A DNA stretch of 64,000 nt from Lobosporangium transversale (Eukaryota), in contig NW_019028991.1 of assembly GCF_002105155.1 (NCBI RefSeq), positions 1 through 64,000 on the forward strand, in the 5' to 3' direction. A model generated the notes under the pieces. That model ran no database searches and was not told the origin of the DNA. It saw only the letters and a program-made list of their open reading frames with translations. Shown in pieces: positions 1 through 11,000 of this stretch (its first letter is position 1; every line of letters begins with the position of its first letter). Position numbers and translations under genes: made by a program.

Positions 1-1219
1 GGAAGCCAATATTAGAAAGGAAATAAGACTATTTACCATACAGTAGCAAATAAGTTCTTACTGGTCAAATAGTGTAAAGCAAATCAAGGAGTGGAAAACA
101 AGGCTTTAAAAAACTGGAAGATTTAAGGTGCTGGAGGAGCAAGTGCAGGAACGTCGTACTTGTTCTTTTTTATTGCTATTGTTGATTAAGCAAAGTAAAT
201 CTGGGAGGGAGTTGAGGCCAAAGTGGAATAATGGGAGACATGAGATCTTGGAGTGGTAGAGACAGTATCGGTCAATTATTAAGATGAAGGTGTGGCTGGG
301 ACGCTTGGGTATTGCTTTTGGCGCCATGTTATTCTGTAAAGAAAAGGGATGAGAAGAACAATGAAAGCGGAGATGATCCCAACCCTTTGTGTGTATTATA
401 TTGTGCTTCCCACGACTCTCAAAATCGGCTGTGAAAATTGAGTTTTGCTGAATATCGACGTTCGTTACTACCACTGTTACGGCAGAAAAGATTCGGATTG
501 AACAAAGACTACAAGACACAGTTGATAAACAAATACACCTTTACGCGTCTCCAAAACGTGATTTGCTAGATACAGTCGTTACACAAGACGCGCAGGATGA
601 GGACAGCACCAATATGATTTGAAAATGATAAGAGTGGGAATGGAGCCCTCTTTTTGAGCCGTTAACAGCAACAAGGTCTATGGACCGTATAAGGCGCATA
701 CACTTTGCAAGGATTTTTAGTAATAGAGACAAACAGCAGATAGTGCGCAACCTCATGTTTTGCTATATCCGACTTATAAAAGGAAGTAAAATAAATGTTA
801 GAAGCCCCCTGGTGAGCCCCACACGAAGCCTTTTTCACTTACTTTTCACTGAATCATCCTCATTACGCTCTGATTTGATCGGATCAACTTCAATAGCTTG
901 CTTGATCCTTGATACCAATCTCTTTCGTTGTACATACTATGAATGCTGAGAAGAGTTTCCTTTAGGTGTAGAAAAGAATAGCGGCATTAACCATCAATGT
1001 GACCAAAATATAGAAGCTATTGTTTCCTCTGTAATTCGCTTAGAGCAAAGACTCAATATTGCTCCTTATAAGCCTGTGGGTGAGTTTGAAATATGTATTC
1101 ACATCTTTGCCAGTGCGTCAAAACACGTGCTCTTTTTTGTTTTTGTTGATATTCTTTGAAAATTTCCCCACTTCTACTTCCTTTCTTTAATCCTTGTCAA
1201 GTTTGACCTACTATCAAAT

Positions 1220-2700
1220 ATGTTGAGTCTTTCTGCTTCCTTTCGTTCACTCACCCTCGCGTCGGCGACTGTGCCTATCCAGGCCGTCCGCGCCATGGCT
1301 ACCAAAGCCGCCGGTTCTTCGACTGCCACCTCAACACGCGCCAAAAAGACTGATTTAACTTTGAAGGCTACTAAAGATGCCAAGACCACCAAGACCACCA
1401 AGACCATCAAGGAAGCTTCGAACAAAAAGATTCCCACTGAGGCTACGAAATCCAAGAAAGCTGAACCCGTCAAACCAAAAAAGAGTATGTTTATAATTTT
1501 TTATCTTTTTATCTTCTCTGTCGGCGTGTTTTCTATTTATTTATCGTTGCAGCAGCGGTGTCATTGATCAGTCGCAAATCAATCTCATGAAGACAACAAT
1601 GCAACTATGGCAAGCCTTCATGCCACTAGGAGGCAAATCTCGACAGAAGAAAACCATAATGAGTACATACAGGGCACGGCATCATCGAATTTTCGTTCTA
1701 GGAATGATTCGATTCTACTTGATCAGGACGTGTGAATGTTAATTTGTAATGTCTGACTGCAGGTCCTTTTTTACAAAGAGAAAAAGTGAGCTCATGAAAT
1801 TACTACTAAGTCCCATTGCTCCTATGCTGTTTTACTTAACAGTTTGGTATTAATGAAATACCACAGCGGGCTATTGTCAGCAGGGCTCAAAGGCTTCACG
1901 ACGGCATTGATAACGTCAATACACCAAATTAACTAGCTGTGGTACTTTTATATCAATCCTAAGGGGACATTTCAGCATACACTCATTTTCCGTCAATTGT
2001 AAATATCATTTGGAAGATATGAATATCTTTATTAACTCAGCTTTTTTTCTGATTACTAGTTGCGCCTCTAGAATTGCCCAAACGCCCTAGTTCTCCTTGG
2101 ACTTTGTTTTTCAAAGAGCACCTAGATAAGGTTAAAGCCTCTGGAAAGACTGTTGTCCCCGTTCAAGAGACGGTAAATGCCTCTGCTGCCTGGAAACAGC
2201 TGACTCCCGATCAGAAGCAGGTAAAATAGCATTAAATATTAACTCATGGAGATCGTGTCTTGTAAACATACAAGTAATGTCTTTCTACTTCTCACTTCTC
2301 TTTATTACTGCAAATCTAGGTCTACGAGGATAGATACAGGGCTAATATGGAGGACTTCAAGAGACAAATGGAGCAGCGCCTTCAAGAGTTGACCCCTGCT
2401 GAGTTCGGACTCGAGAACTCTCGCCGTCGGGCTCTTCGTGCTACAGGCAAGAAGAATTTACCTTCTCTTAAAGATCCTAACGCTCCTAAACGTCCTCTCA
2501 GCTCATTCTTCCGCTTTGTGCAGGAACAGCGTGCAGCTGGTGAATTTGCGTCATTGCCCGTTAAGGAGCGTACCAGGTCATTTGCTGATGCATGGGCCAA
2601 GGTCCCGGAATCGGAGAAGGCTCGTTATGCCGAGCAAGCACGCAATGCTCTTGCGGAGTACAAGGCTGCGAAGGCCGCCTACGAGGCGGAACGTCAATAA
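1220..2700 (+). CDS. Two-HMG-box protein, probably a mitochondrial nucleoid protein (ABF2/TFAM-like); 3 exons ~1220-1484, 2060-2220, 2320-2700
   Basis: The N-terminus MLSLSASFRSLTLASATVPIQAVRAMATK resembles a mitochondrial presequence. GT..AG introns join in frame to HMG box 1 (LPKRPSSPWTLFFKE...AAWKQLTPDQKQVYEDRY) and HMG box 2 (KDPNAPKRPLSSFFRF...WAKVPESEKARYAEQA). Confidence 0.85.
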
Positions 2701-3308
2701 CTAATTCCATTATGAATCCACTAAGCCTTACCATGTTGCCTTGTTCGCTTTTTTTTTTTTTTTTTTTTTTCCACTTTATTACTATGAGAATATACAATCA
2801 GGGCATTACATGCTCCACTCAATTGCTTTTTTTCTTGCGTTTAAATTAAGCTTCATGCTGCCAAATTTGGGACACTGATCTTTTTTAAAGTGTCAACATG
2901 TCCTTATGTCATGCTATTTAATCTTAATGAAATGTCAAACAGAGACATCTATATTGTAAGACACCTGTATATCGCACGACTTTTCTTTTTAGTAACCAGA
3001 GTCCATGGGTCTTGCATTCTCCAAGATCCGAGTACAACATACGAGTATCTTATGTTACTCGACTCCCTCTTTGATCTTGTGCACAAAGAGCATTCTTTAG
3101 CTTAAAGCTACAAAGCCTTTTTCTAGAAATACAACTCCAGAGTGCAAGAGTTTTTCAGTTGTCGATGACTTCGCTGAACAGGTGCATAGGTTATTGATAT
3201 GCATCTCTAATAAACCTTTCACTCTGTAGTCCTCATCCTCTCACGCTTTTTCTTCTTTTAACATTTTCATCGATGTTTCCACATCCTTAACCACATCGTA
3301 TCTCAGCA

Positions 3309-5135
3309 ATAGGAATCGAGGCTTTTAGGCTCTTCTTCTAAAGAAGAGAAACGAGATAACACTTCACTGCTAATCATCAACCTGCTCCACCTCTGGTCCC
3401 TTCAATCCCTTGAATCACGGCACCTTTACCCGACTCGTCCTAGAAATATTGTTTCCCATAACTCGAAAGATATACTCTTATCATTCTACAGATACGATCA
3501 TAAGTTCCTGGGGAGAGAGTCAGGAAGTATGGACACCTGAAAGTATTGTTCTGTATATTGGTGGTGCCACCTGTAGGAAAAAAAGGCTTACTTATATACA
3601 TCATTAGGAAGTCCGAGGCTGCGATGGGCGCTCAACAAGCGCTCAGCGAGCTAGATTGACGTGTGAAAAGCAAAAGTCGCGCTCGAAAGAAGCAGTTCTC
3701 GTTCGTTTCCAAGACGTTAGACAAGGTCTTTTGTTGATCAAAGGGAGCACGAGGTTCGTCCGCGAAATATATGCGGAGGAGTAAGGACTAGCTTGTTCAA
3801 GGATGTAAATGTCGCTGTCTGGCTGCTTGCCAGCTCGAGGATGCAGTTATGCCTCGAGACAGCGACATGTTCGCTATTGGACATCTCAACAGCTTGACAT
3901 TCTATCTCAAGGGATCACATTTTGGTGTACAAACTTATAAATTTGATAGTACTATGTACCGTGAGTAAGAACTGCTATACTAGAAGCGTTTCTCGGCTTG
4001 AAAGTATCACCGACTACAGAATTATTAAAGTATGATGGAGAGGATAATGGTATATCATAGAATAACAAGCTGTCTAACGATTAGATATCATACTTAAGTC
4101 TCTCTTTTTTAAAAAAAATATATCCTAAGATTAAGAGCTGCCTCCAAGGAGCCGCTAACCATGCTTCAAAGACTAAACATGCTTGACAGAGTTATTTGGC
4201 AGTAGATTTAAACATTATTTTCTGGTTTGCAACAACAGTCAGCCGAAAGTTTGCTCCATTGCCTGAAGACGCCTTCATTGTCTTACAAAAGCTATATCTG
4301 GTTGAGATCTTTTGGCAAGGCAGGAGACTCGAAGCTAAACTTCAAGGATATACCGAAAACTGACCTATGTGAGTGGCTCTCAGACAGAGACCCTGAGTAT
4401 CTCATTACAAGTCTTAGCCGATATTGAAGGTTTTGAGGGGGAGAAATATAAGGAATTTAGGAAATTCAAAGGCTACGGTTTCCATAATGCCACTGCCTAG
4501 GATGAAAGAGCACACACAATACGTTGGAAAAGACAACTTCGTGTCCGGGCTCAAACCTTAAGGGAAGCACAGTTACGTTTCATGGGGCCATTTCGGACTG
4601 ATGGGCTTCGACTCTAGTTGCTGGTATCGTAATTGAACGGACTGAATGCAGTGAAATATGGGTGACTTCCTGAGGAAGATCTGGGGTTGAACAGCCTTTC
4701 GTCGTTGGGGTGAGCACAATATTACCAAGTGGTGAGCGCCCCAACGTGGCGGCCCAGGCAGTCGTTTTACAACTTGGCTGTCAAATAGGAAGCGGTGTAG
4801 TGGAATACTCTCAATACAGACACTAGATGAAGCAGCGGGAGGCGGGAGCGGCCTACAATCCATGGCCCATTACTGACATCGAGAGTGGCCTAGCCTCTTT
4901 TCGTCACGCTGACACAAGTATAAAAACTACATGGATCAGCTTAGAAACTTGGATGAAGGCCTGCATTTCTTTTATAACAGCAACAATGTCGTCAAGAAAC
5001 ATAAGGGATATAAGGAATTATAAAGAATTTATTTAGATGTAAGCCCTATAGCTGGCTTGCCCTATTTGTGGGTCGCGAATAATACGGTATCCAGTAATTG
5101 TCCGTAACTGCATCTTTGTACTGCCGCAATACAAC
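3309..5135 (+). pseudogene. Decayed gene fusing an XPG/FEN1-like PIN nuclease to a Fanzor/TnpB-like RuvC region (stops, frameshifts, deletions)
   Basis: Plus-strand fragments occur in collinear order: IGIEAFRLFF* (MGI-like start, 3309); SIVLYIGG...KK; DAVMPRDSDMFA (3886-3912 region); DLCEWLSDRDPEYLIT; RTDGLRL*LL (TDG at 4597); FVVGVSTILP; FYNLAVK*EAV (4765-4800); ITDIESGL; and degenerate E*Y..S.NCP.C / LYC (~5077-5125). Family recognised from memory of Mortierella-type proteins. Confidence 0.55.
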
Positions 5136-5179
5136 ATCCCCTTTATAAACCATGTCAGTATCGAGGGCCTTCTTTAGTC

Positions 5180-5788
5180 TTTTTTTTTTTTTTTTTGATA
5201 ACAAGGACCCTCAGGGTCATGGGATTTATTTTCTACACTCTATGAACAAAATGCTCCAGAAACTATAGTCAATAAACAGCTATTACTGCACAAACGACAA
5301 GAGCCGCTGTATCCATGATTTCATAAACCCTGACCGCCGTGGTTGGTACTCAAAGTCCACCTTTCCGACGTGGCCTGTTGCGCAACACGACAAATTATCC
5401 GCTATCCATAGTCATCGAAAACTTCATTCCACCTAGCCGCTCCATCACGTCCAGTTTGGTTTTCCCAAGGTAACTGTCCCGGACTCGGTCATCCGCGATC
5501 TTGTAGATCTCTTTACATTCAGCTTCTGTCTTTGTCTGAGGGAAGGGACAAGGAAATCATTGCTACTACGTCTGTGCTCCCCAACACAGTTGCGTCCTCT
5601 AGCGCGTTTGCTCATAGCAGTGATTCCACGAGCCTTTTCCCATTCAACGGTGACTTTACACCGTTTGTTCCAGATTTCTGTACGACCGAATTCCTCTATG
5701 GCCTTGACGAAGCGCCCTGCCATATATGTAGCTATCCTTGTTGTTGTCTTGAAGCCAACTTTCCAACTCTGAGCAATGGACTTGGGCG
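5180..5788 (-). mobile_element. 5'-truncated non-LTR retrotransposon (LINE) 3' end with poly(A) tail and 20-bp TSD
   Basis: Poly-T at 5180-5196 is followed by GATAACAAGG. A perfect direct repeat ATCGAGGGCCTTCTTTAGTC lies at 5160-5179 and 5789-5808. The minus strand encodes an ORF2 C-terminal-like peptide (GRTEIWNKRC..VEWEKARGITAMSKR; DSYLGKTKLDVMERLGG), then a ~200-nt 3' UTR. Confidence 0.8.
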
Positions 5789-5818
5789 ATCGAGGGCCTT
5801 CTTTAGTCCTCTGGGACC

Positions 5819-5875
5819 TTTTTTTTTTTTTTTTTTTTTTTTTGATAACAAGGACCCTCAGGGGGATGGGTTTTG
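5819..5875 (-). mobile_element. Second very short 3' tip of the same LINE family
   Basis: Poly-T at 5819-5843 is followed by GATAACAAGGACCCTCAGGG, identical to 5197-5216. The 5' boundary and TSD were not resolved. Confidence 0.6.
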
Positions 5876-6205
5876 ATTGGTCTTGTGGGTGTGCTTCTCT
5901 TTGTCGTTCAATTAGAAGTGAACCCCTAAATCTCGCATGACCATGTATAACCTGCCGAAATGCTGTAGGATCTCTCTAGGCGTCAGCGCGCAAACAGGCG
6001 AGGGAACTCTGGGTGGCTGGGGCATCTGAACAGACACGTGCAGATCTCTGGTTCTTTTTTTTATAATATGCTGGGACACTTAACAATATGTCGTAAATGA
6101 CGCCTATTCATTTACCTAAATATGTATTTCCTTTCAATTTATTTATTTCCTATCATCCTATTTTCTACCATTTTTAAATAGTATTTAAGTAGCTTTTTCC
6201 TTCAC

Positions 6206-6341
6206 TGCAAAAACGGCATCTCTCTTCTTATTATCGATGCCCTTTTGCAGGTGAGTTTATCTTCATTATTCTCATTATGAATTCTCAGAAAATTAGCAGT
6301 TATTAAAGATCTCTCTTCTTATTATCGATGCCCTTTTGCAG
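6206..6341. repeat. 33-bp direct repeat separated by a GT...AG-bounded spacer; the first copy forms part of a hairpin
   Basis: ATCTCTCTTCTTATTATCGATGCCCTTTTGCAG occurs at 6218-6250 and 6309-6341. The spacer 6251-6308 starts GTGAGT and ends AG. CTGCAAAAACGGCATC / GATGCCCTTTTGCAG is an inverted pair. Confidence 0.75.
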
Positions 6342-6380
6342 CATCCTCAAAATCATTCAAAGCATTACTTAGGATCACTA

Positions 6381-7057
6381 TTTTTTTTTTTTTTTCCTGT
6401 TAACAAGAACCCACAGAGGTGAGGAATTTTATTTCATAATCTCGCTCTAAAGTAATGATATCGCCCTCAACTATGAAACAAGCGAAACTCTCAAAGTTCG
6501 CACGGGATGGCTGTGAAGAGCCAATTCGTATCCATGTTTTTCTCTACCAATGTACACCGTGATCGGTACTCGAAGTCCATCCTTCCGATGTGGCCTGTTG
6601 CGCCCGTGAAAAGCCGCGGAGGCTGGCGTGCCGACTCTAGCTAAGGACGACTTTTAATTTTTTCTATTCGATCAAATCCACTGGCATGTGGACCCAAATC
6701 TTGCGGGATTGGTCTGAAATTTCTACTTTGGACTCCGTCAAACTTTGTGATCATCGCTGTCCTAGTCAAGTGGGTGGATGGGGGGATGTGTTGCCAGATG
6801 TACCGCTGGTTCGGCTGGGGGGTGGAATATATACCTAAGACATGTGGCCAGCCAGGCGACTTAGGGTAGTGCACCCACGATCTTAGCCTTAGCGGAGAAC
6901 ACTAGGCTGTCTCGGAGAGAAAGTATAAAAACTCAAGCAAATCCCTGACCTGGCACATGTTTGCTTCACTTTATGTGCCTTAACCAGGACTCGAACCCGG
7001 CCCCTGGGCTAGACAGGAGGGTGCCCTGACGAGTATACTACTCAGCCATTGGGCATC
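6381..7057 (-). mobile_element. tRNA-derived SINE (~680 bp) with LINE-related 3' tail, poly(A) and 20-bp TSD
   Basis: TSD AGCATTACTTAGGATCACTA at 6361-6380 and 7058-7077; poly-T at 6381-6395. The minus-strand 5' head has A box TGGCTGAGTAG and B box GGTTCGAGTCC in a CCGGG/CCTGG T-stem. Positions 6557-6603 match the LINE 3' UTR 5337-5383 at 41/47 nt. Confidence 0.85.
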
Positions 7058-7186
7058 AGCATTACTTAGGATCACTATCGTATCCCAAAACCACGAGGCT
7101 CTTGCCCAATTCTTCATTTTTCATCATTACCTACTAGTTTCCAGAGATCACTAGTAGATGCTCTACGACAAATATCATCCAATGAA

Positions 7187-7257
7187 GCGTGGTTGGTTTA
7201 GTGGTATAATTACCGCCTGCCACGCGGTAGACCCGGGTTCGATTCCCGGACCACGCA
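7187..7257 (+). tRNA. tRNA-Gly (anticodon GCC), intronless
   Basis: GCGTGGT...ACCACGC-A acceptor stem, D arm with AGTGGTA, anticodon arm ACCGC-CTGCCAC-GCGGT, T arm CCGGG-TTCGATT-CCCGG; 71 nt. Confidence 0.96.
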
Positions 7258-7501
7258 ACAAGGATATCTATCTGAACTATGATATTACAGAACCGCATGC
7301 AACGCACATACCTGCATCAGTGCGATTTACTTCCGTCTGGAAGAAAAGTGTGGTTATGAGTTCATCTTTTTGTTGAGGATTAATCTATTTGGCAGCCCAT
7401 ACCAAATATAGTAATTTTTGCCTCTATTTGGCAGCCTACTTCTGGGGGCTGCCACTTAACTTCGCACTCTTGGGTGGCAGCTGGGCTGCCAAATACATTG
7501 C

Positions 7502-7566
7502 TTTTTTTTTTTTTTTTTTGATAACAGGGTCATAACATCAGTGGTAAAACAGGCAGCGTTCTGTGG
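7502..7566 (-). mobile_element. 65-bp poly(A) retro-insertion (extremely 5'-truncated LINE/SINE tip) with 9-bp TSD
   Basis: ATACATTGC is repeated at 7493-7501 and 7567-7575. Poly-T is followed by GATAACAG, the same terminal motif as the LINE tips at 5197 and 5844. Confidence 0.7.
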
Positions 7567-7769
7567 ATACATTGCCTTGCACAGCTAATGCCGCCGGAGG
7601 TACTAAGGGCAGCGGCGATGACATCTTCACAAAACAGCCTTCAATGTACACGGTTAGGGAATGATTTATTGAAGACGTCTAGGTAGCAGGTGAGACGCGT
7701 TTGCTCCGAGCGAAAACCTCTCATAGGCATTGATCTCCAAATGGCACCTCCAAAACTGTATGAGCGACC

Positions 7770-7938
7770 TGTTACGTACCGAGGCTTGGGAGTGCACCTC
7801 AGGTGCACTTCCATTTTTATTCATAAGGTCAGAATATCATGTGACGGTCATAGAGAGTCCTTGATAAAAGGCTCTCGTTTGACAATAATAAAAACAACTT
7901 TTGATCTCCTTGACTTCTAATATCTGAAAAACATCTCA
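7770..7938 (+). repeat. 5' LTR
   Basis: TGTTACGTACC...ACATCTCA, identical to 14659-14827. Confidence 0.96.
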
Positions 7939-8020
7939 TTTTTTCAAGGTCCTACACAGAGTTGTATCAAAAATTTTTTTTTTCAAACATCCGTCGTAAA
8001 TCCATCCCTGTCAACAAAAA

Positions 8021-11000
8021 ATGAATCCATCCGGCCTCGCGAACATCGGTTCTTCCTCAAACGAGCAGAACTTGGATCATCCTTCAGGGCCCAATGCTTA
8101 CTCGGAGGGAGCACAAAGTCCACGACAGTCTGTTCAGCACGGGACAGATCAAGCTGTCGCTGATCACGATGCTAACTTGCAGGACAAAGTGCAAGAACTG
8201 AACAAGCTCATGGCTATGATCGATATACAAGAGCAGGTTGGCGATAGAACTTCAGAGGAAGTAGTCATGGGACCAGACCAGGACGATCCAGTTGTAGTCT
8301 TGGGGAGCTATGAAGCAAGATTGAAGAAGTTGCTTTCAATCCGGCTGTTGCTTGCGTCCAGGTATCATAATGCTAGTAGCACGATCAGGGGTCTTAATAT
8401 AGACTCCAACCTCAAGTCCGATGCCTTGATGCGCCTCAAGAACAAGAGACAGGAAATATGGGACAGTTTGGAGGCCGACATCGTTCCTCTAAAGGAAGAG
8501 ATCAATTGCATGAAGCACGATCTGGCCCTTTTGGACGGTGGTTCAAGACCGATTGCGTCAATTGAACCACCAGCGCTGTCAAAGCCGCGTGGACAAGAAT
8601 TCCACGTTAAATGGAATAGTTCCGACAACAAGGAATATTTCCTTATTTACCAAACCTTCAAGGTGGAGTACATCCCACTTGACCCTAAATCCAAGGATGT
8701 CGACTACAGCCAGATCAACGGCTCGAAGTTCAAGGACTACCCAGTTCTTGAGTTAGATTTGTCAAGGACCGCTCGAGAGGACATAATGAAGGAATTGGCT
8801 AGGAAAGTCAGGTATTTTCTCAAAACCTTTCAATCGTTCTACCAACGTAGCTTACCAGGCATCCTATTTGAGAAGATGGCTTGGATATATATGTCCTTGT
8901 CGTTGAGCAAAGTAGACAGGGCCACGCTAGACTACGAGGAGCGTATCCAGAAGTTTCCTCAATCTGAGAGAACATGGGATCGCGTCAAGGATTGCGTCTA
9001 TAGAACTCTTGAGTTTGACAAGATCGAGCTCGATCTTGTGAACGAGCTGTTAGAGGTACGTCTCAAAGATGGTGAAACAATCCCTGATTTTGCAGCACGA
9101 GTTCTACCCTTGATTGAATCACTAGATTTGTCGGATGATATGTGTACCTTACTTGCAGGGCGCATAGCTTACTGCTTGTCTGATGTTGGCTATCAAGCCA
9201 TCAAATCGAAGTACAAGTCCTTTCGGAACGTGGGTTCCATCAAGAAGTATCTGGAATACCTCCAATCGGTTCCAGGCGCGTGGCCAGGTACGAAAACCAA
9301 CCACAGTCTGAGAATTATCAAGAGGTTCTGTGGTAAACCTACCGCAGACAAGATGCTTAACCTTGGCAAGATGGAACAAGTCGAGAGACGAAGTTCCAAA
9401 ATTAAGCGTGGTTATGTACATGACTCGAAGGGCGAAGAGGACAGCAGCAAGAAACAAAAGCTGACTTTCAAGCCATGTACCTACACCAAGCGCTGTGAAG
9501 AGATGCAAAAGAAGCATGACCCTCGTCAATGCTGGTATAAAAGAATGGACGAAAAGAAGAACGGCCCGAAGAGCCAGCCCAATACAGGCAATGGCATCTT
9601 TAAAGGCAGGAGTGAGGGGAACAGCTTCAACAAAACAGTTGGTGCTTTCTCCCGCATTACCGATGAAGTTCATTTAGCTAGCTCCAGTGACAATAAAGAG
9701 ACCATGTTCTTTTCACAGTATTCTTTGATTCCCAAACTTAGTAGTAATGATGTGTATGCATTCAAAGGACCTGCAAAGGGTGACAATCGCATAGCTGTTC
9801 CTATTTATATCATGGGGCAGCAATGTACAGCCCTGCTAGACCCGGGTGCTACTATATCGCTCATCGCATTAGAGGTAGCAGACGATCTCAATATCAGATG
9901 TGGTAAATTGTCTAACTCCAAAATCGCAATGATCAGAAAGGGTTTAGATACTGCAAGTGTCATTACGTGTGACAAGGTGCAGTTATCATGCAATGGTAGA
10001 TCAACCGAGAGTCAGCTATATGTCATGGACATAGAGTACTACGATTTTATCATTGGTATGGATCTTTTCAGCCGATTTGGCTTTGCTATCACGGGGATAA
10101 CTCAACCACAAGCTATCACAGAGGATTTTCCTTGGGTTCCAAATGATGAGAAACCTACAGTAATCCCTAAAGAAGCACCTACCAGTGAGACAACACAAGG
10201 GTTTTTAGATATCAAACAAAAATTCATGGACGCTATTGAGCCATGTCTTCAAGCAAATGCCAATGTAGACCCGAGATCATACTGCACGCTTGATTCCATG
10301 ATGGTGATCCTCAAAGTGAAGTCTGACTGCGTCATTCAAGAAAGATCTAGACCGTTTCATGCACAAATCGAAAAAGATGAGGTCGATAAAACAGTGCAGA
10401 AATGGTGGGATACAGGAGTTATTGTACCTGCTCCAAAGGGTAATCCATACAACAGCTCTCTAACGATGGCAGCTAGGAGGGATCTAGAAGGCAATATTAT
10501 GAAGTATAGAGTATGTCTTGATCCAAGAACGCTGAATAGGCAGCTATTGGATACAGATAACTTCCCTCTACCTTTAGTCACTGAGGTTCAACAAAAGGTA
10601 GCTGGTCATAAATTCTTTTCTGCCATTGACCTTTCCCAAGCGTATCATCGCATGCCTGTAGCTGAACAGAGTCAGCCACTCACGGCTTTTACCTACAATG
10701 GTAATCAATACATGTTCGCTAGAGCCCCTTTTGGGCTTAAGCCTCTCACCAGCATCTTCCAAAGAGGAATGTCTCATTTACTAGGTGATCTTCACTATTG
10801 TGGAGTCTATGTAGATGATATCATTATTTTCTCCAAAACAGTAGATGAGCATCTTGCACATGTCAAAGTCGTTCTAAACAGACTGACTGAAGTAAAGCTC
10901 ATCATCAATCGAGAAAAGAGTAAATTTCTGAGTACAGAAGTGGTGTTGTTGGGTTTTGTCGTTAACGAACATGGCAGGGGTGTCAACATGGAAAAATTAG

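Noticed and set aside
1..1000. Short ORFs (106-519, 541-756, 680-949)
   Set aside because: No recognisable motifs or convincing splice structure; treated as intergenic, although a gene start running off the left edge cannot be excluded.
6975..7057. tRNA-like sequence on the minus strand as a functional tRNA gene
   Set aside because: It has A/B boxes and a T arm but no proper anticodon arm, and it lies within a TSD-bounded poly(A) element, so it was interpreted as the SINE head.
7576..7769. Possible transposase remnant inside the TIR element
   Set aside because: Only a weak YLD-like peptide; not enough to assign.
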